The position numbers and the translations under genes were made by a program. A stretch of DNA of 59,764 bases, filler included. It is 6 parts of 6 records of this genome, joined end to end, with 100 filler letters (N's around TTAATTAATTAA, not from the genome) between each part and the next. Parts side by side here need not be neighbours in the genome. Positions count along the whole stretch, not along the records: positions 51,222 to 59,764 come from DRR723986_14488; 5 more parts are not named here. One strand, written 5' to 3'. The notes under the pieces were generated by a model. That model was not told the DNA's origin and did not search any database. It worked only from the letters and a program-made list of their open reading frames with translations. This document shows, in pieces, positions 51,222 to 59,764 of the stretch (positions are counted from its first letter, which is position 1; each line of letters opens with the position of its first letter).

Positions 51222-51718
51222 ATCACACAAAGGTGCGTCCAAAATTTCCAGCCTTCCCGTTTAAGTTCTATCACTGTCCACTCAGCGCTCCAGAATGCCC
51301 GTTCATCCGCGCCCGACTCAACAACTAAAATCTTGCAGCAAATTATTTTGCCTCCGCCAAAAATATTTTGCTGAATCCTCATCGCTCCTGTCCCATTCCG
51401 CTCCAGTTCCGTCGCTTGTTTGCTCTCTTGTTAGCCACCAAGCCCCAAGTCTCTGAGTCTATCAGCCCTCTTGCCGCCGATGCCGCAGTGGCACGTCATT
51501 AAGACTGGCCCGCTGGGCGCTCTGAGTCTTGAGTCAAAAAGGCTGAAGACTCAGTGAATTGCGGCTGAAGTCTCAGCGACAAACAAAACGGCATTTAAAA
51601 GAAGAGACCGTCTGCGGGCTCTGATCAGGGGAGCTCCAATTGGCTTGTGTTTATCAGCAATGAATCGTAATATCGGCGAGTTAATTAAGACAAATACACC
51701 TGCGTTGTTAACAAATAT

Positions 51719-52867
51719 ATGATTGACATAAGCACCGACAAACAAGCCGATACCACAAATATCAGAGAGAGTTGGACTGTTGTTTGCCTGATGTTCGTGG
51801 TGAGTATGGTGCCGGCCTTGGTGCACCCTGAGACGGTTCTGCATGCACAAACTATTTATGCCATCGAAGCAAATCCGAGCCTTGCTGCATGGTCCGAGGT
51901 TAATGCTGTCGAAATCGGGGATAATGATTACGTATGGATGGCAAGTGACGCGGCGTTACTATGTTTTGTTAACTGTGGCTATACAGAGTATACGCGGGCC
52001 GATATAAGGTTGCCGGGAGCGCGACTTAACGATCTGGCCATTGATGGAGATTTGTTGTGGGTGGCGGGCGAAGACGGACTGATGCGATATGATAGCACAC
52101 GTCGTCTAAATAAATCCAGCGTTAAACACTTCTTGCCCGGCCGGGAAGTTAAAGCGCTTTCGCGTGCGGTGCGTGGGGGCGTCTATGCTGTTACGGCAAA
52201 TGAGTTGTTAAGTGTCTCAGCCGATTCTGTTAAAGTGCTGTTTGAACTCAAGAGTCCGGCTGAGAATGATATGCTGTTAACAGTTGAGCTTGCTCCTGAT
52301 GGGTCGCTTTGGTGCGGTACGGCATTTTCAGGAATAGTCCGGTTGTTTGCCGGCAAGATAAAAATGTTTCACTCTGCCAACTCTGCGATTGCATCCAACC
52401 ACGTTCCGGTGATTCTTCCGCTGGCCTTCGATGACGTCTTCATTAGTGATTGGGGGCATGGTCTTAAACGTTATGCCCGCAGTGAGTGGAAGTCAATCGC
52501 GGTGCGTCTGCCGGAAGGGGCCCAAGAATCGGCCCAAGAAGGGGCCCAAGAATCGGTCCAAGAATCGGCCCAGGGATCGACCCAGAAATCAACCCAGAAA
52601 TCGGCCCAAGGTCTGGATCAGAGTTTGGTCCAGCGGGTTGCATTGAGGTCGGCGTTGAAAAAAATAACTGCGCTGATTCAACACAGCGACGGAAGACTGC
52701 TGCTTGGACTGAATAACGGACAGGTTTTGCGCCAGCTTAATGTTAATGACTTTGATTTTGCTTGTGAGCCGACGGATAAATTGTCGGGTGCAATAACGGG
52801 GTTCGGTTATTGGTCTTCGGGGGCACTTTGGCTTGTTTACAAAGGCGGGTTTGCGTATGAACAATGA
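51719..52867 (+). CDS. Secreted beta-propeller (Reg_prop-like) protein with low-complexity insertion
   Basis: Signal-like N-terminus; LWVAG, DGSLWCGT..GIVRL, NSAIASN repeats. Confidence 0.65.
   Translation: MIDISTDKQADTTNIRESWTVVCLMFVVSMVPALVHPETVLHAQTIYAIEANPSLAAWSEVNAVEIGDNDYVWMASDAALLCFVNCGYTEYTRADIRLPGARLNDLAIDGDLLWVAGEDGLMRYDSTRRLNKSSVKHFLPGREVKALSRAVRGGVYAVTANELLSVSADSVKVLFELKSPAENDMLLTVELAPDGSLWCGTAFSGIVRLFAGKIKMFHSANSAIASNHVPVILPLAFDDVFISDWGHGLKRYARSEWKSIAVRLPEGAQESAQEGAQESVQESAQGSTQKSTQKSAQGLDQSLVQRVALRSALKKITALIQHSDGRLLLGLNNGQVLRQLNVNDFDFACEPTDKLSGAITGFGYWSSGALWLVYKGGFAYEQ
52517..52612 (+). repeat. In-frame 12-bp tandem repeat, 8 degenerate units
   Basis: GGGGCCCAAGAA TCGGCCCAAGAA ... 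encoding GAQE SAQE GAQE SVQE SAQG STQK STQK SAQG. Confidence 0.9.
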
Positions 52868-52891
52868 TGTGGTATTGCCGCATTTTCGACG

Positions 52892-54220
52892 CTAAAACCC
52901 CAGCAACTCCTTAACGTAATCAAACTTGGAGCCTTGTACAAAAACGCCAAAAGAAATATACAGGCAAACACCCAGCAGCCACTGAGCCGTCACCCAGTAG
53001 TTAAACTTGTCGTTGCTGGTCGATAGCCAGTCTTTGCTGAAGCGTAAACCAACGAGCACGGTTGCACTAAAGAATAGTACATGCCAGAGCCGTGCTAAAC
53101 CTGGAATCGCTGCTCTAATCGCACTGTCCGGTCTTTGCCAGGCGGTATTTGTTAATAGCGATGTTTTTGTGTTTTTAGCCGCGCTGCCTGAGTCCGCGTC
53201 GCTCGGCTCTGTTTCCTGACTTTTAACTAATGTGTCAAAGTTGTCCAGTACTTTGGGGCCAACCAGGCGATAATAAGCAAAGTACCAGAACGCCGCAAAT
53301 ATGAAAATTATTGGAAAAACAATGAAGAGTAAAAAGCGCCAGGGTTGATAGCCGTAGCCGAAAAACGTGCCGTAGATGCTCAGCCAAAATCCGCCAATCA
53401 ATTTGTTCTTGCGCAGGGCCAGTTCATACATCACATCATCGGCAGCTGCGTTGCCATCGTCTTGTGCCAAAAAATTGTTGCGAAGCGCCAGGTAGATATT
53501 GCGCAAACGGTTAAAGTCGTCAAGTTTACTCGGCCCCAATTCGTACAGCACGGAGTCGAGTTTAACGTTAATGCGGAATGTGTCGTTGATAGCTTTAAGT
53601 TGTTCCCATTCAATCAGAAACTTCCCCGACTCAATATCAACACTTTCCAGGAATATCGAGCGCACATTGTCAAAGTCAGCCAGCCGCAGATCGAGTGCTT
53701 CCCTGAATTCAGCATTCTCAAAGCTCATCTTGGGCGGCATCGAAGTCCATGCGAAGTTGGGACTCTTGTAAAATACCGCGTGTTTAAAATTGGCGTGCAC
53801 TTTAAACTCTACGGCTTCAAAGTCGGCCACGTCGTGATACACTGTGCTGATGCTGTTGAACTCGCCGTCAAACTCGGCATAGCGAAAGTCGGCCTTTGCG
53901 TTAAACTTGGCGTCGCCGACATTAACATTGCGTTCAAATGTTGCGCCGGCAAAGTCGGCAATACCTATAAATTCTGCATTGAGAAAGTTAACAGTTTCCG
54001 TAAATAGCAGCGGCTTGTTTTTCATCCAGTCCTTTTTGGGACACGTGGCAATTTTGCCGCCAAAGGGCCATTCTGTCGGATTGCTGCCGGACAGTTCGGC
54101 CGAGTCCAGGGGTGTTGGTTCGATCGATTCATCGAGCACATTATTATGTGCGAATAGAGCCGGGCCCATCAGGGCTGCCAGGCCCAGTAGCAGGGAGAGG
54201 GTGGTTAACAATCTTGGCAC
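52892..54220 (-). CDS. Pentapeptide-repeat membrane protein
   Basis: Signal peptide, ADFxxAxF repeats, GYGYQPWR + TM, later hydrophobic helix + TM. Confidence 0.75.
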   Translation of the reverse strand: MPRLLTTLSLLLGLAALMGPALFAHNNVLDESIEPTPLDSAELSGSNPTEWPFGGKIATCPKKDWMKNKPLLFTETVNFLNAEFIGIADFAGATFERNVNVGDAKFNAKADFRYAEFDGEFNSISTVYHDVADFEAVEFKVHANFKHAVFYKSPNFAWTSMPPKMSFENAEFREALDLRLADFDNVRSIFLESVDIESGKFLIEWEQLKAINDTFRINVKLDSVLYELGPSKLDDFNRLRNIYLALRNNFLAQDDGNAAADDVMYELALRKNKLIGGFWLSIYGTFFGYGYQPWRFLLFIVFPIIFIFAAFWYFAYYRLVGPKVLDNFDTLVKSQETEPSDADSGSAAKNTKTSLLTNTAWQRPDSAIRAAIPGLARLWHVLFFSATVLVGLRFSKDWLSTSNDKFNYWVTAQWLLGVCLYISFGVFVQGSKFDYVKELLGF

Positions 54221-54485
54221 GGCGCGCCTCCGGTCAGGATCAAGGTTCGAATGTTGAGCAATCGAGAATATACGTTAAAATGTGGGAATTCTAGTTCGCT
54301 GTTGGATCGTCGGTATAGTCTTGCGTTCGCAGAATGCTGGTTCGGTGAGTTGTTGTTCCCGGCCTGATCGCTGCGCTGTCATACTTCCAGCTGACTTCTT
54401 AGAGCGCTGCGCCGCTGCATTCCATTTGCCGGCTGGCTTGGTTATTTTGCTGGTTGGTGAGAGAGAAGTCTAAAGCCTCCCAACC

Positions 54486-55799
54486 TCATCCCCCCAACAC
54501 AACATCCCCAATCGCCGCGCTAAACCCCACACCCTCAGTCACATAGTCTTCAGCGATGCGGCCGCGCTGCGCGCGCGCCGCTGAGTCACTTAACATCTCA
54601 GTCAGCCAGTCGGCGAGTGCCTGCGCCGAGTCCATAACCACAAGTCCGCCGAGCGCCTCGAGTTCCTGTGCTGCACGTGCCCGTTCAGTATGCGGTCCAC
54701 AACATATCGGCAGGCCATGCCCCGCAGGCTCAGTAACGCTGTGGACCCCAGCGCCAAAACCGCCGCCTACAAAAGCTAAAGAGGCCTGGGCGTAGATGCG
54801 CAACAACAGGCCCACGCTGTCAATGATTATGACCGGGACATCTGCTGCGCCGGAACTGTTAACTCCTGAGTCCCGGGCGTGACTCGCAGACTCCAGCTCA
54901 CTGAATAAGCGTGCCGCAGGGTATTCCGCCTGCAAAACTTTAACATGTTCTGGGGTGGGTTCGTGCGGCACGATAATGAGTCCTAGCCGGCTCCTGACTT
55001 CGTCACTTAACAGTTTAAGCGCGTCGGCCAGCATGTGTTCTTCTGTAGGCCACGAAGAGCCCAGTGCCAAATATTCACGTTTGTCATCTAAATGCTGTGC
55101 GCCTAGCGCCGGCTGCAGTCGCGATTGCCGTACGGCTTCAACAATGCGATCCATACGCGTGTCGCCGCTTGTAACCACACGCCGCCCAAGCTCCAGCGAT
55201 TCGAAGTGTGCCGCCTCGTCGCCGTCCAGCGCAAAGACCGTCGTAAAACAGGCGTAGGACGCCTGCGTAAATGCCAGGAACGGCGCGCGGTAACGCATAG
55301 AGTGCAAGTTGACCGTTGCACAAATTAAATATGCCGGAATCTCACGCCGCTGCAGCTCATTCAGATGGTTAAACCAAATGTCATAACGCACAAACACGGC
55401 CGCGTCGGGTTGAACCTGATCTACAAAACGGCGTGCCTCAGCGCGCGTATCGATCGGTATATAAACCTTCCAGTCCGCGCCGCTGTAGTCTTGCTGGTTG
55501 GCGTAACCCGAAACACTGAAAAAAGACGCGAGGATCTCTGTATCAGGGTCTGAGCGTTTGATGTATTCAATCACAGGTTTGGCCTGCTCAAACTCACCCA
55601 TCGAAGCCGCGTGGAACCAGTAGCGCTTTTTGTGCGAACGTGGTGGAAGTGTCCTAAGTAATTCGCGCGATTGTTTAACACCCTCAGCCCGCAGAGCGAA
55701 CTTCTTGTTAAGTAAGCCACCAACAAAAAACGCCGCACTCATGCCAGGCTTTAGTACGGCGTTGTATAACAATCGCAAAGTTGTAGCGGCTGCGCTCAA
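54486..55799 (-). CDS. waaA: 3-deoxy-D-manno-octulosonic acid transferase
   Basis: WFHAASMGEFEQ, GDTRMD, GSSW, VPHEP, VGGGFGAGVHSVTEPA. Confidence 0.9.
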   Translation of the reverse strand: MSAAATTLRLLYNAVLKPGMSAAFFVGGLLNKKFALRAEGVKQSRELLRTLPPRSHKKRYWFHAASMGEFEQAKPVIEYIKRSDPDTEILASFFSVSGYANQQDYSGADWKVYIPIDTRAEARRFVDQVQPDAAVFVRYDIWFNHLNELQRREIPAYLICATVNLHSMRYRAPFLAFTQASYACFTTVFALDGDEAAHFESLELGRRVVTSGDTRMDRIVEAVRQSRLQPALGAQHLDDKREYLALGSSWPTEEHMLADALKLLSDEVRSRLGLIIVPHEPTPEHVKVLQAEYPAARLFSELESASHARDSGVNSSGAADVPVIIIDSVGLLLRIYAQASLAFVGGGFGAGVHSVTEPAGHGLPICCGPHTERARAAQELEALGGLVVMDSAQALADWLTEMLSDSAARAQRGRIAEDYVTEGVGFSAAIGDVVLGG

Positions 55800-55813
55800 T
55801 CCTACCCCTATTC

Positions 55814-56608
55814 TCAGTTTCTGGTAAAGTTTGGCTTGCGCTTTTCCAGGAATGCACTCGTGCCTTCGCGGAAGTTTTCACTTTTGCATGTCTCGCCAAA
55901 CAGCTCAGCTTCTTTGGCTAAACCGTTTTCAATTGTTGCATCACCGGCAAACAAAATGGCCTTTAGTGAAGCTTCAACCGCTTCCTGCCCCTTCTTGGCT
56001 ACCGTTGCTACAAATGCCTCGGAATGTGCTTGCAGGTGATTAAAGTCAACAACCTCGTTAACAAGCCCAATTTTTTCGGCGTCATGTGCGCCAATCATTT
56101 TGCCCGAAAGAATTAGCTCTACGGCACGTGCGCGTCCAACGATATGTGTCAGGCGCTGCGTACCACCGTATCCCGGAATAATTCCCAGGTTAACTTCCGG
56201 CTGACCAAATTTGGCATTGTCTGAGGCAAAACGCATGTGACAGGCCAATGCCAGTTCACAGCCGCCACCGAGTGCAAATCCGTTAACCGCGGCAATCACC
56301 GGCTTGCCAAAATTTTCAATTTTATTAAACACGCTCTGGCCAAATGCAGCAAAATCGACGCCGGGGTCGGCAGATTCGGTATTATGGCAGTCTTGTAATT
56401 CGGCAATATCAGCGCCGGCGGCAAAGGCCTTTTCGCCACTTCCAGTAATAATCAGTGCCGCCAGACTTGTGTCACCAGCCAGCTCATCAAGCGCTTGATT
56501 CAGTTCAGTCAGGAGCTGTTTATTCAGCGCATTCAATTTGTCTGGGCGGTTGAGGGTAATGCGAGCGAAAATGTCTGCGCGTTCTACGAGTATGGTCTTG
56601 TAATCCAT
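55814..56608 (-). CDS. Enoyl-CoA hydratase/crotonase
   Basis: LNRPDKLNAL, AFAAGADI, ALGGGCELA, GQPEV, PGYGGTQRL. Confidence 0.93.
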   Translation of the reverse strand: MDYKTILVERADIFARITLNRPDKLNALNKQLLTELNQALDELAGDTSLAALIITGSGEKAFAAGADIAELQDCHNTESADPGVDFAAFGQSVFNKIENFGKPVIAAVNGFALGGGCELALACHMRFASDNAKFGQPEVNLGIIPGYGGTQRLTHIVGRARAVELILSGKMIGAHDAEKIGLVNEVVDFNHLQAHSEAFVATVAKKGQEAVEASLKAILFAGDATIENGLAKEAELFGETCKSENFREGTSAFLEKRKPNFTRN

Positions 56609-56875
56609 GGTTGTTGTCTTTCTGATTAGTCAATCCGATTATTCTGTTCGTCAGGTCTGCAAGTCGCGGGGAGAACGCTTCTCAGTATGCACATTTGCAC
56701 AAAATACGAATTTTTCGTGGAATCGACTTTCAGCTCACATTTGGCAAGCTGCGCGCGTTGGTCATGGCCCAATCAAGAAAGGCCCATGCCATTCGTCACC
56801 TCTTTTGTGCGTATTTTGCGCTGTAGCTTATTCTCCTGGCTTTTGGGAACCTTGTGCATGCGGACCGGGCAATAC

Positions 56876-58564
56876 ATGACACGGCGATTTCTGCTTATTT
56901 CAACCTTTTTAATGGCTGTTTGTGCTTCCAGCGCTTTTGCCGCCGAATTCCTGATTCAGGGCGCAGTGCGCGGTATTACCTGGGATGCTCAAGACGGTGC
57001 GGTTCAGGCCGTCGCCGCCCAGGGCGACTCTCAGAGTACAGCTCTGCATCCTCCGCGCCTCGCGCATGTCTACCTGTCCAAAGGTTCGCTGCCGGACGCC
57101 TTTGCACGTGAGGAAGTCGCTGCCGACGGCAGCTTCAGCATCACCGCCGACCGTCCGGGACTGGTCAAACTTTACGTGAGCGCGGCCGGTTATCAAACGC
57201 TGCAAACACAGCTGCTTCTGGGCGCTACCGATATTGCCGATACAATTGCGCTCGACATCGAACTCGCCCGCACCGCACTGCCCGAAAATATCGAAGCCTT
57301 CCTGCTGCGTCCTCTGGGACCGCAGGGCAATCTCCAACGCGCCATAGAAATGCAAATCGACGCCGACGGCAATTTCGGTACAGAAATTGTCCTCGATAGC
57401 AATCAAAGCCAACTTACGTATCGCATGGCAGGTGTCTATCGCGACGCCGGTGCCGGACGTGCCGTTTTTGCCTGGAGCGATCCCAGTGCTGAGACACTCG
57501 AATTGGGCAACGATGGTCTCTACCGCTCCGTGCGCCTGCGCGATTCTGACAGTTCAAACTCACTCAAATTTGAATGGCAGCTACCGCAAAGTCACTCCGA
57601 CCGGCCCAAAATTGAGTTTGCCGATAAACTGGCGGGACTCTTCTCCGTTATTTGCCAGGGGATCCGCAGTAAAAAGCCGTTTAACTCTCTGGTTACACAT
57701 CGAGCCACGCAGCCGCGCTCTGCGATTCTGGCCGAACGTCGTGCTCCAATTCGTCGTGTTTTACTGCTGGCCTACCTGGCCGGCGTGCACAGCGGTGACC
57801 TGGAGAGTGACAGTACTGCCACGCGTATGGCCTTTCGCGATATCGACCCCGCTTCGGTCCTTTGGAGCATTCGGCCCGAACTGCTCTGGAACGACTGGTA
57901 TTGCACGCATGACTCAATCGATTGTCGTAACTACATCGAACGTGTCTACGCCGAACATCCGCTCCCCGATGTACGCGCTTATATCCTCTACAAAAAAATC
58001 CAGTTAACATCCGACGCTGACGAAAGTGCGCGCCTCCTCGATTCACTTAAAGTTAACTTCCCGGAGTCGGCCTACCTTGACCTGGCACTCGTTAACTCTT
58101 CGGCGGCGGGCCCACTGCTTGCTGGTAAAATTATTCCCGACTTTGAAATGCGTGACCTGGATTCGCTGGACCGCATTTTTACGCCCGAAAGTTTGCGTGG
58201 CAACGTTGTGTTGTTTGACTTCTGGTCCACCTGGTGCCGCGAATGTGTTGGCGGCATCGACAGTCTGGCAGCGGCCTGGCAGCTCTATCGCAACTACGGC
58301 CTGCGTGTAATCAGCATTGCTTTTGAACCCGATGCCGGCAGCGTGCGCAAGTTTCATCGTCAGCGTAAACCGATGCCCTGGTTTAACGTGCTCAAAAAAG
58401 ACGGCCCACAAAGTGATATTGCACGTGCATTCGAAATCCGTGGTTTGCCCTTAACAGTTTTAATGGATGAAGACGGACGCATCATTGCATCGGGACAGGA
58501 GTTGCGCGGTCAAAAATTGATGGATATTCTCGCCGAGACATTTGCCGAGCGGATCGAAGAATGA
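56876..58564 (+). CDS. Secreted protein with C-terminal TlpA-like thioredoxin domain
   Basis: Signal peptide from ATG 56876; FDFWSTWCREC, GLP..VLMDEDGRI. Confidence 0.85.
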   Translation: MTRRFLLISTFLMAVCASSAFAAEFLIQGAVRGITWDAQDGAVQAVAAQGDSQSTALHPPRLAHVYLSKGSLPDAFAREEVAADGSFSITADRPGLVKLYVSAAGYQTLQTQLLLGATDIADTIALDIELARTALPENIEAFLLRPLGPQGNLQRAIEMQIDADGNFGTEIVLDSNQSQLTYRMAGVYRDAGAGRAVFAWSDPSAETLELGNDGLYRSVRLRDSDSSNSLKFEWQLPQSHSDRPKIEFADKLAGLFSVICQGIRSKKPFNSLVTHRATQPRSAILAERRAPIRRVLLLAYLAGVHSGDLESDSTATRMAFRDIDPASVLWSIRPELLWNDWYCTHDSIDCRNYIERVYAEHPLPDVRAYILYKKIQLTSDADESARLLDSLKVNFPESAYLDLALVNSSAAGPLLAGKIIPDFEMRDLDSLDRIFTPESLRGNVVLFDFWSTWCRECVGGIDSLAAAWQLYRNYGLRVISIAFEPDAGSVRKFHRQRKPMPWFNVLKKDGPQSDIARAFEIRGLPLTVLMDEDGRIIASGQELRGQKLMDILAETFAERIEE

Positions 58565-59394
58565 GTTCAGTTTACGTCATCGGCGATATTCATGGCTGCA
58601 TCGCCGAACTTCACAAACTCGAAGCCAAAATTGCAGAGCATGCCGCCCAGCGAAGTGTTAAGCCCTTCATCGTCTCCGTTGGTGATCTGATCGACCGCGG
58701 CCCCGAATCTGTTGAAGTTGTTGAGCACTTTTATCACGGTGTTAACAATGGTACACACGCCGTTGTGGCCGGCAACCATGAGCAACATTACATCCAAAGT
58801 GTCCTGGCCGATCTTCCCCAGCAATTCCTTGAGCGTGAATTGCCATTTCCGGCTTATGCTTTGCGCGAGTTAAACCCAGGCCGCGGCAGTTTGTATGAAA
58901 GCGATATTACACGTGCGCGCGAACGTCGTGAAATCTGGTTCTTCCATGGTGGAAAAACAACAATTGCCGAGCTGGGCGGTAGTGCCGAGCCCGATGAATC
59001 CTGGTTCTTCCGCCCCGAACTGATGCGCTTTTTATGCGAATTGCCGGTTGTCTGGTTTAATCAAAAAGTCCTCGTTACACACGCGCTCGTCAGTCCACAT
59101 TATGCGGACCTGTTAACAAAATCTGAAAACGAATCACTGCAAAAGTTAAATCAACGCGAATACTCCAGTTTTCTAAAATCGGCAATGTGGAGTCGTGACT
59201 TACCCGAAGTTGCGCCGGATGCGCAGCGCACACACGTGTCTGGTCACACTGCAATGCACGCAGTTGAGCGGCATCCTAACTTAAACCTTTTGCGCATTGA
59301 CACGAGCTGTGTCTACGGTTACGAATTGACGGCCTGGTGCGCCGATACGGATGAGCTGTTGAGTGTACCTTCGTCGATGCCTTGTTACGATTAG
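58561..59394 (+). CDS. Metallophosphoesterase (PPP/ApaH-like)
   Basis: GDIHG, GDLIDRGP, GNHE, GHT, IDT motifs; ATGA overlap with upstream gene. Confidence 0.92.
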   Translation: MSSVYVIGDIHGCIAELHKLEAKIAEHAAQRSVKPFIVSVGDLIDRGPESVEVVEHFYHGVNNGTHAVVAGNHEQHYIQSVLADLPQQFLERELPFPAYALRELNPGRGSLYESDITRARERREIWFFHGGKTTIAELGGSAEPDESWFFRPELMRFLCELPVVWFNQKVLVTHALVSPHYADLLTKSENESLQKLNQREYSSFLKSAMWSRDLPEVAPDAQRTHVSGHTAMHAVERHPNLNLLRIDTSCVYGYELTAWCADTDELLSVPSSMPCYD

Positions 59395-59439
59395 GCCGGC
59401 TGTCATTCAGCTGTTAAAATCTCCATTGTTTGTGTTTAG

Positions 59440-59514
59440 GACCGCTTTGAGTCCTGCGTTTCACCTGCGGTTTCTCTACGGCCTCAGGCTTTTTGATTGT
59501 TTTGTTTGTCACTG
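59440..59514 (+). repeat. Dispersed intergenic repeat, copy 3
   Basis: GACCGCTTTGAGTCC...CTCAGGCTTTTTGA..TTTTGTTTGTCACTG. Confidence 0.75.
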
Positions 59515-59734
59515 AGTCTTCAGTCTTAAGTCTCTCAGTCCGCCACCAATTTTAAAACCCTCTCAACGTTAAGACTAGGTCACCCAGCCAAAAACTTTGT
59601 ATTCTCAGGTCCCGGCCACTAGTGGCTAAGGCGGTTGATTGAGTAATCGACAGTTGGTTGGAACTCTGTCGCTGCAGTATGCAGTGCACTTTTCTGTTGG
59701 CGAATGTTGCGCTTTGCGTATGCGGCGCGAATGC

Positions 59735-59764
59735 CCAATGATTTGCCAATGATTTGCCAATGAT
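59735..59764. repeat. 11-bp tandem repeat running into window end
   Basis: CCAATGATTTG CCAATGATTTG CCAATGAT. Confidence 0.8.

Noticed and set aside
51222-51382. Short minus-strand ORF running into the spacer
   Set aside because: Too short and unrecognisable to support as a gene.
52517-52612. Possible CRISPR array
   Set aside because: 12-bp head-to-tail units with no spacers, in frame within a CDS; no cas genes or repeat-spacer arrays seen anywhere in the window.
53350-53370. GYG as a potassium-channel selectivity filter
   Set aside because: It lies before the first TM helix without the preceding TT(V/I/L) and pore helix; the positionally equivalent filter region is degenerate.

Overview
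The window is a concatenation of six contigs joined by 100-nt artificial spacers (N-run + TTAATTAATTAA + N-run), so gene neighbourhoods must not be read across those joins. Contig 1 (1-21061) and contig 6 (51222-59764) look like an FCB-group organism (Bacteroidota/Kapaibacteria/Ignavibacteria-like): T9SS cargo proteins, TPR-LuxR regulators, a tyrosine recombinase, waaA. They share a dispersed intergenic repeat, which suggests one genome. Contig 2 (21162-30388) is a Rhodobacteraceae-type ntrC-ntrY-ntrX-trkA-trkH-hfq-hflX locus. Contig 3 (30489-39589) is gammaproteobacterial (tRNA-Gly, oxidoreductases, yqcC, fadAB, nrdB). Contig 4 (39690-45127) is alphaproteobacterial (M48 protease, DsbA-family protein, ispG, rodZ, hemA). 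Contig 5 (45228-51121) is a soxCDEF-DUF302-hemA cluster. The best candidate for an undescribed system is at 17430-20968: a long hairpin-rich leader, then a lipoprotein carrying a tandem array of [F/W/C]-H-x(5-9)-S-Y motifs, then two paralogous membrane-anchored proteins that I cannot assign to any family but that share enzyme-like motifs (PSENxxYFRF, FDESGL, NNWxDGPFDQxxDNY). The layout resembles a multi-core precursor or substrate with dedicated extracytoplasmic modifying enzymes. All family assignments come from motif recognition only; no searches were run.
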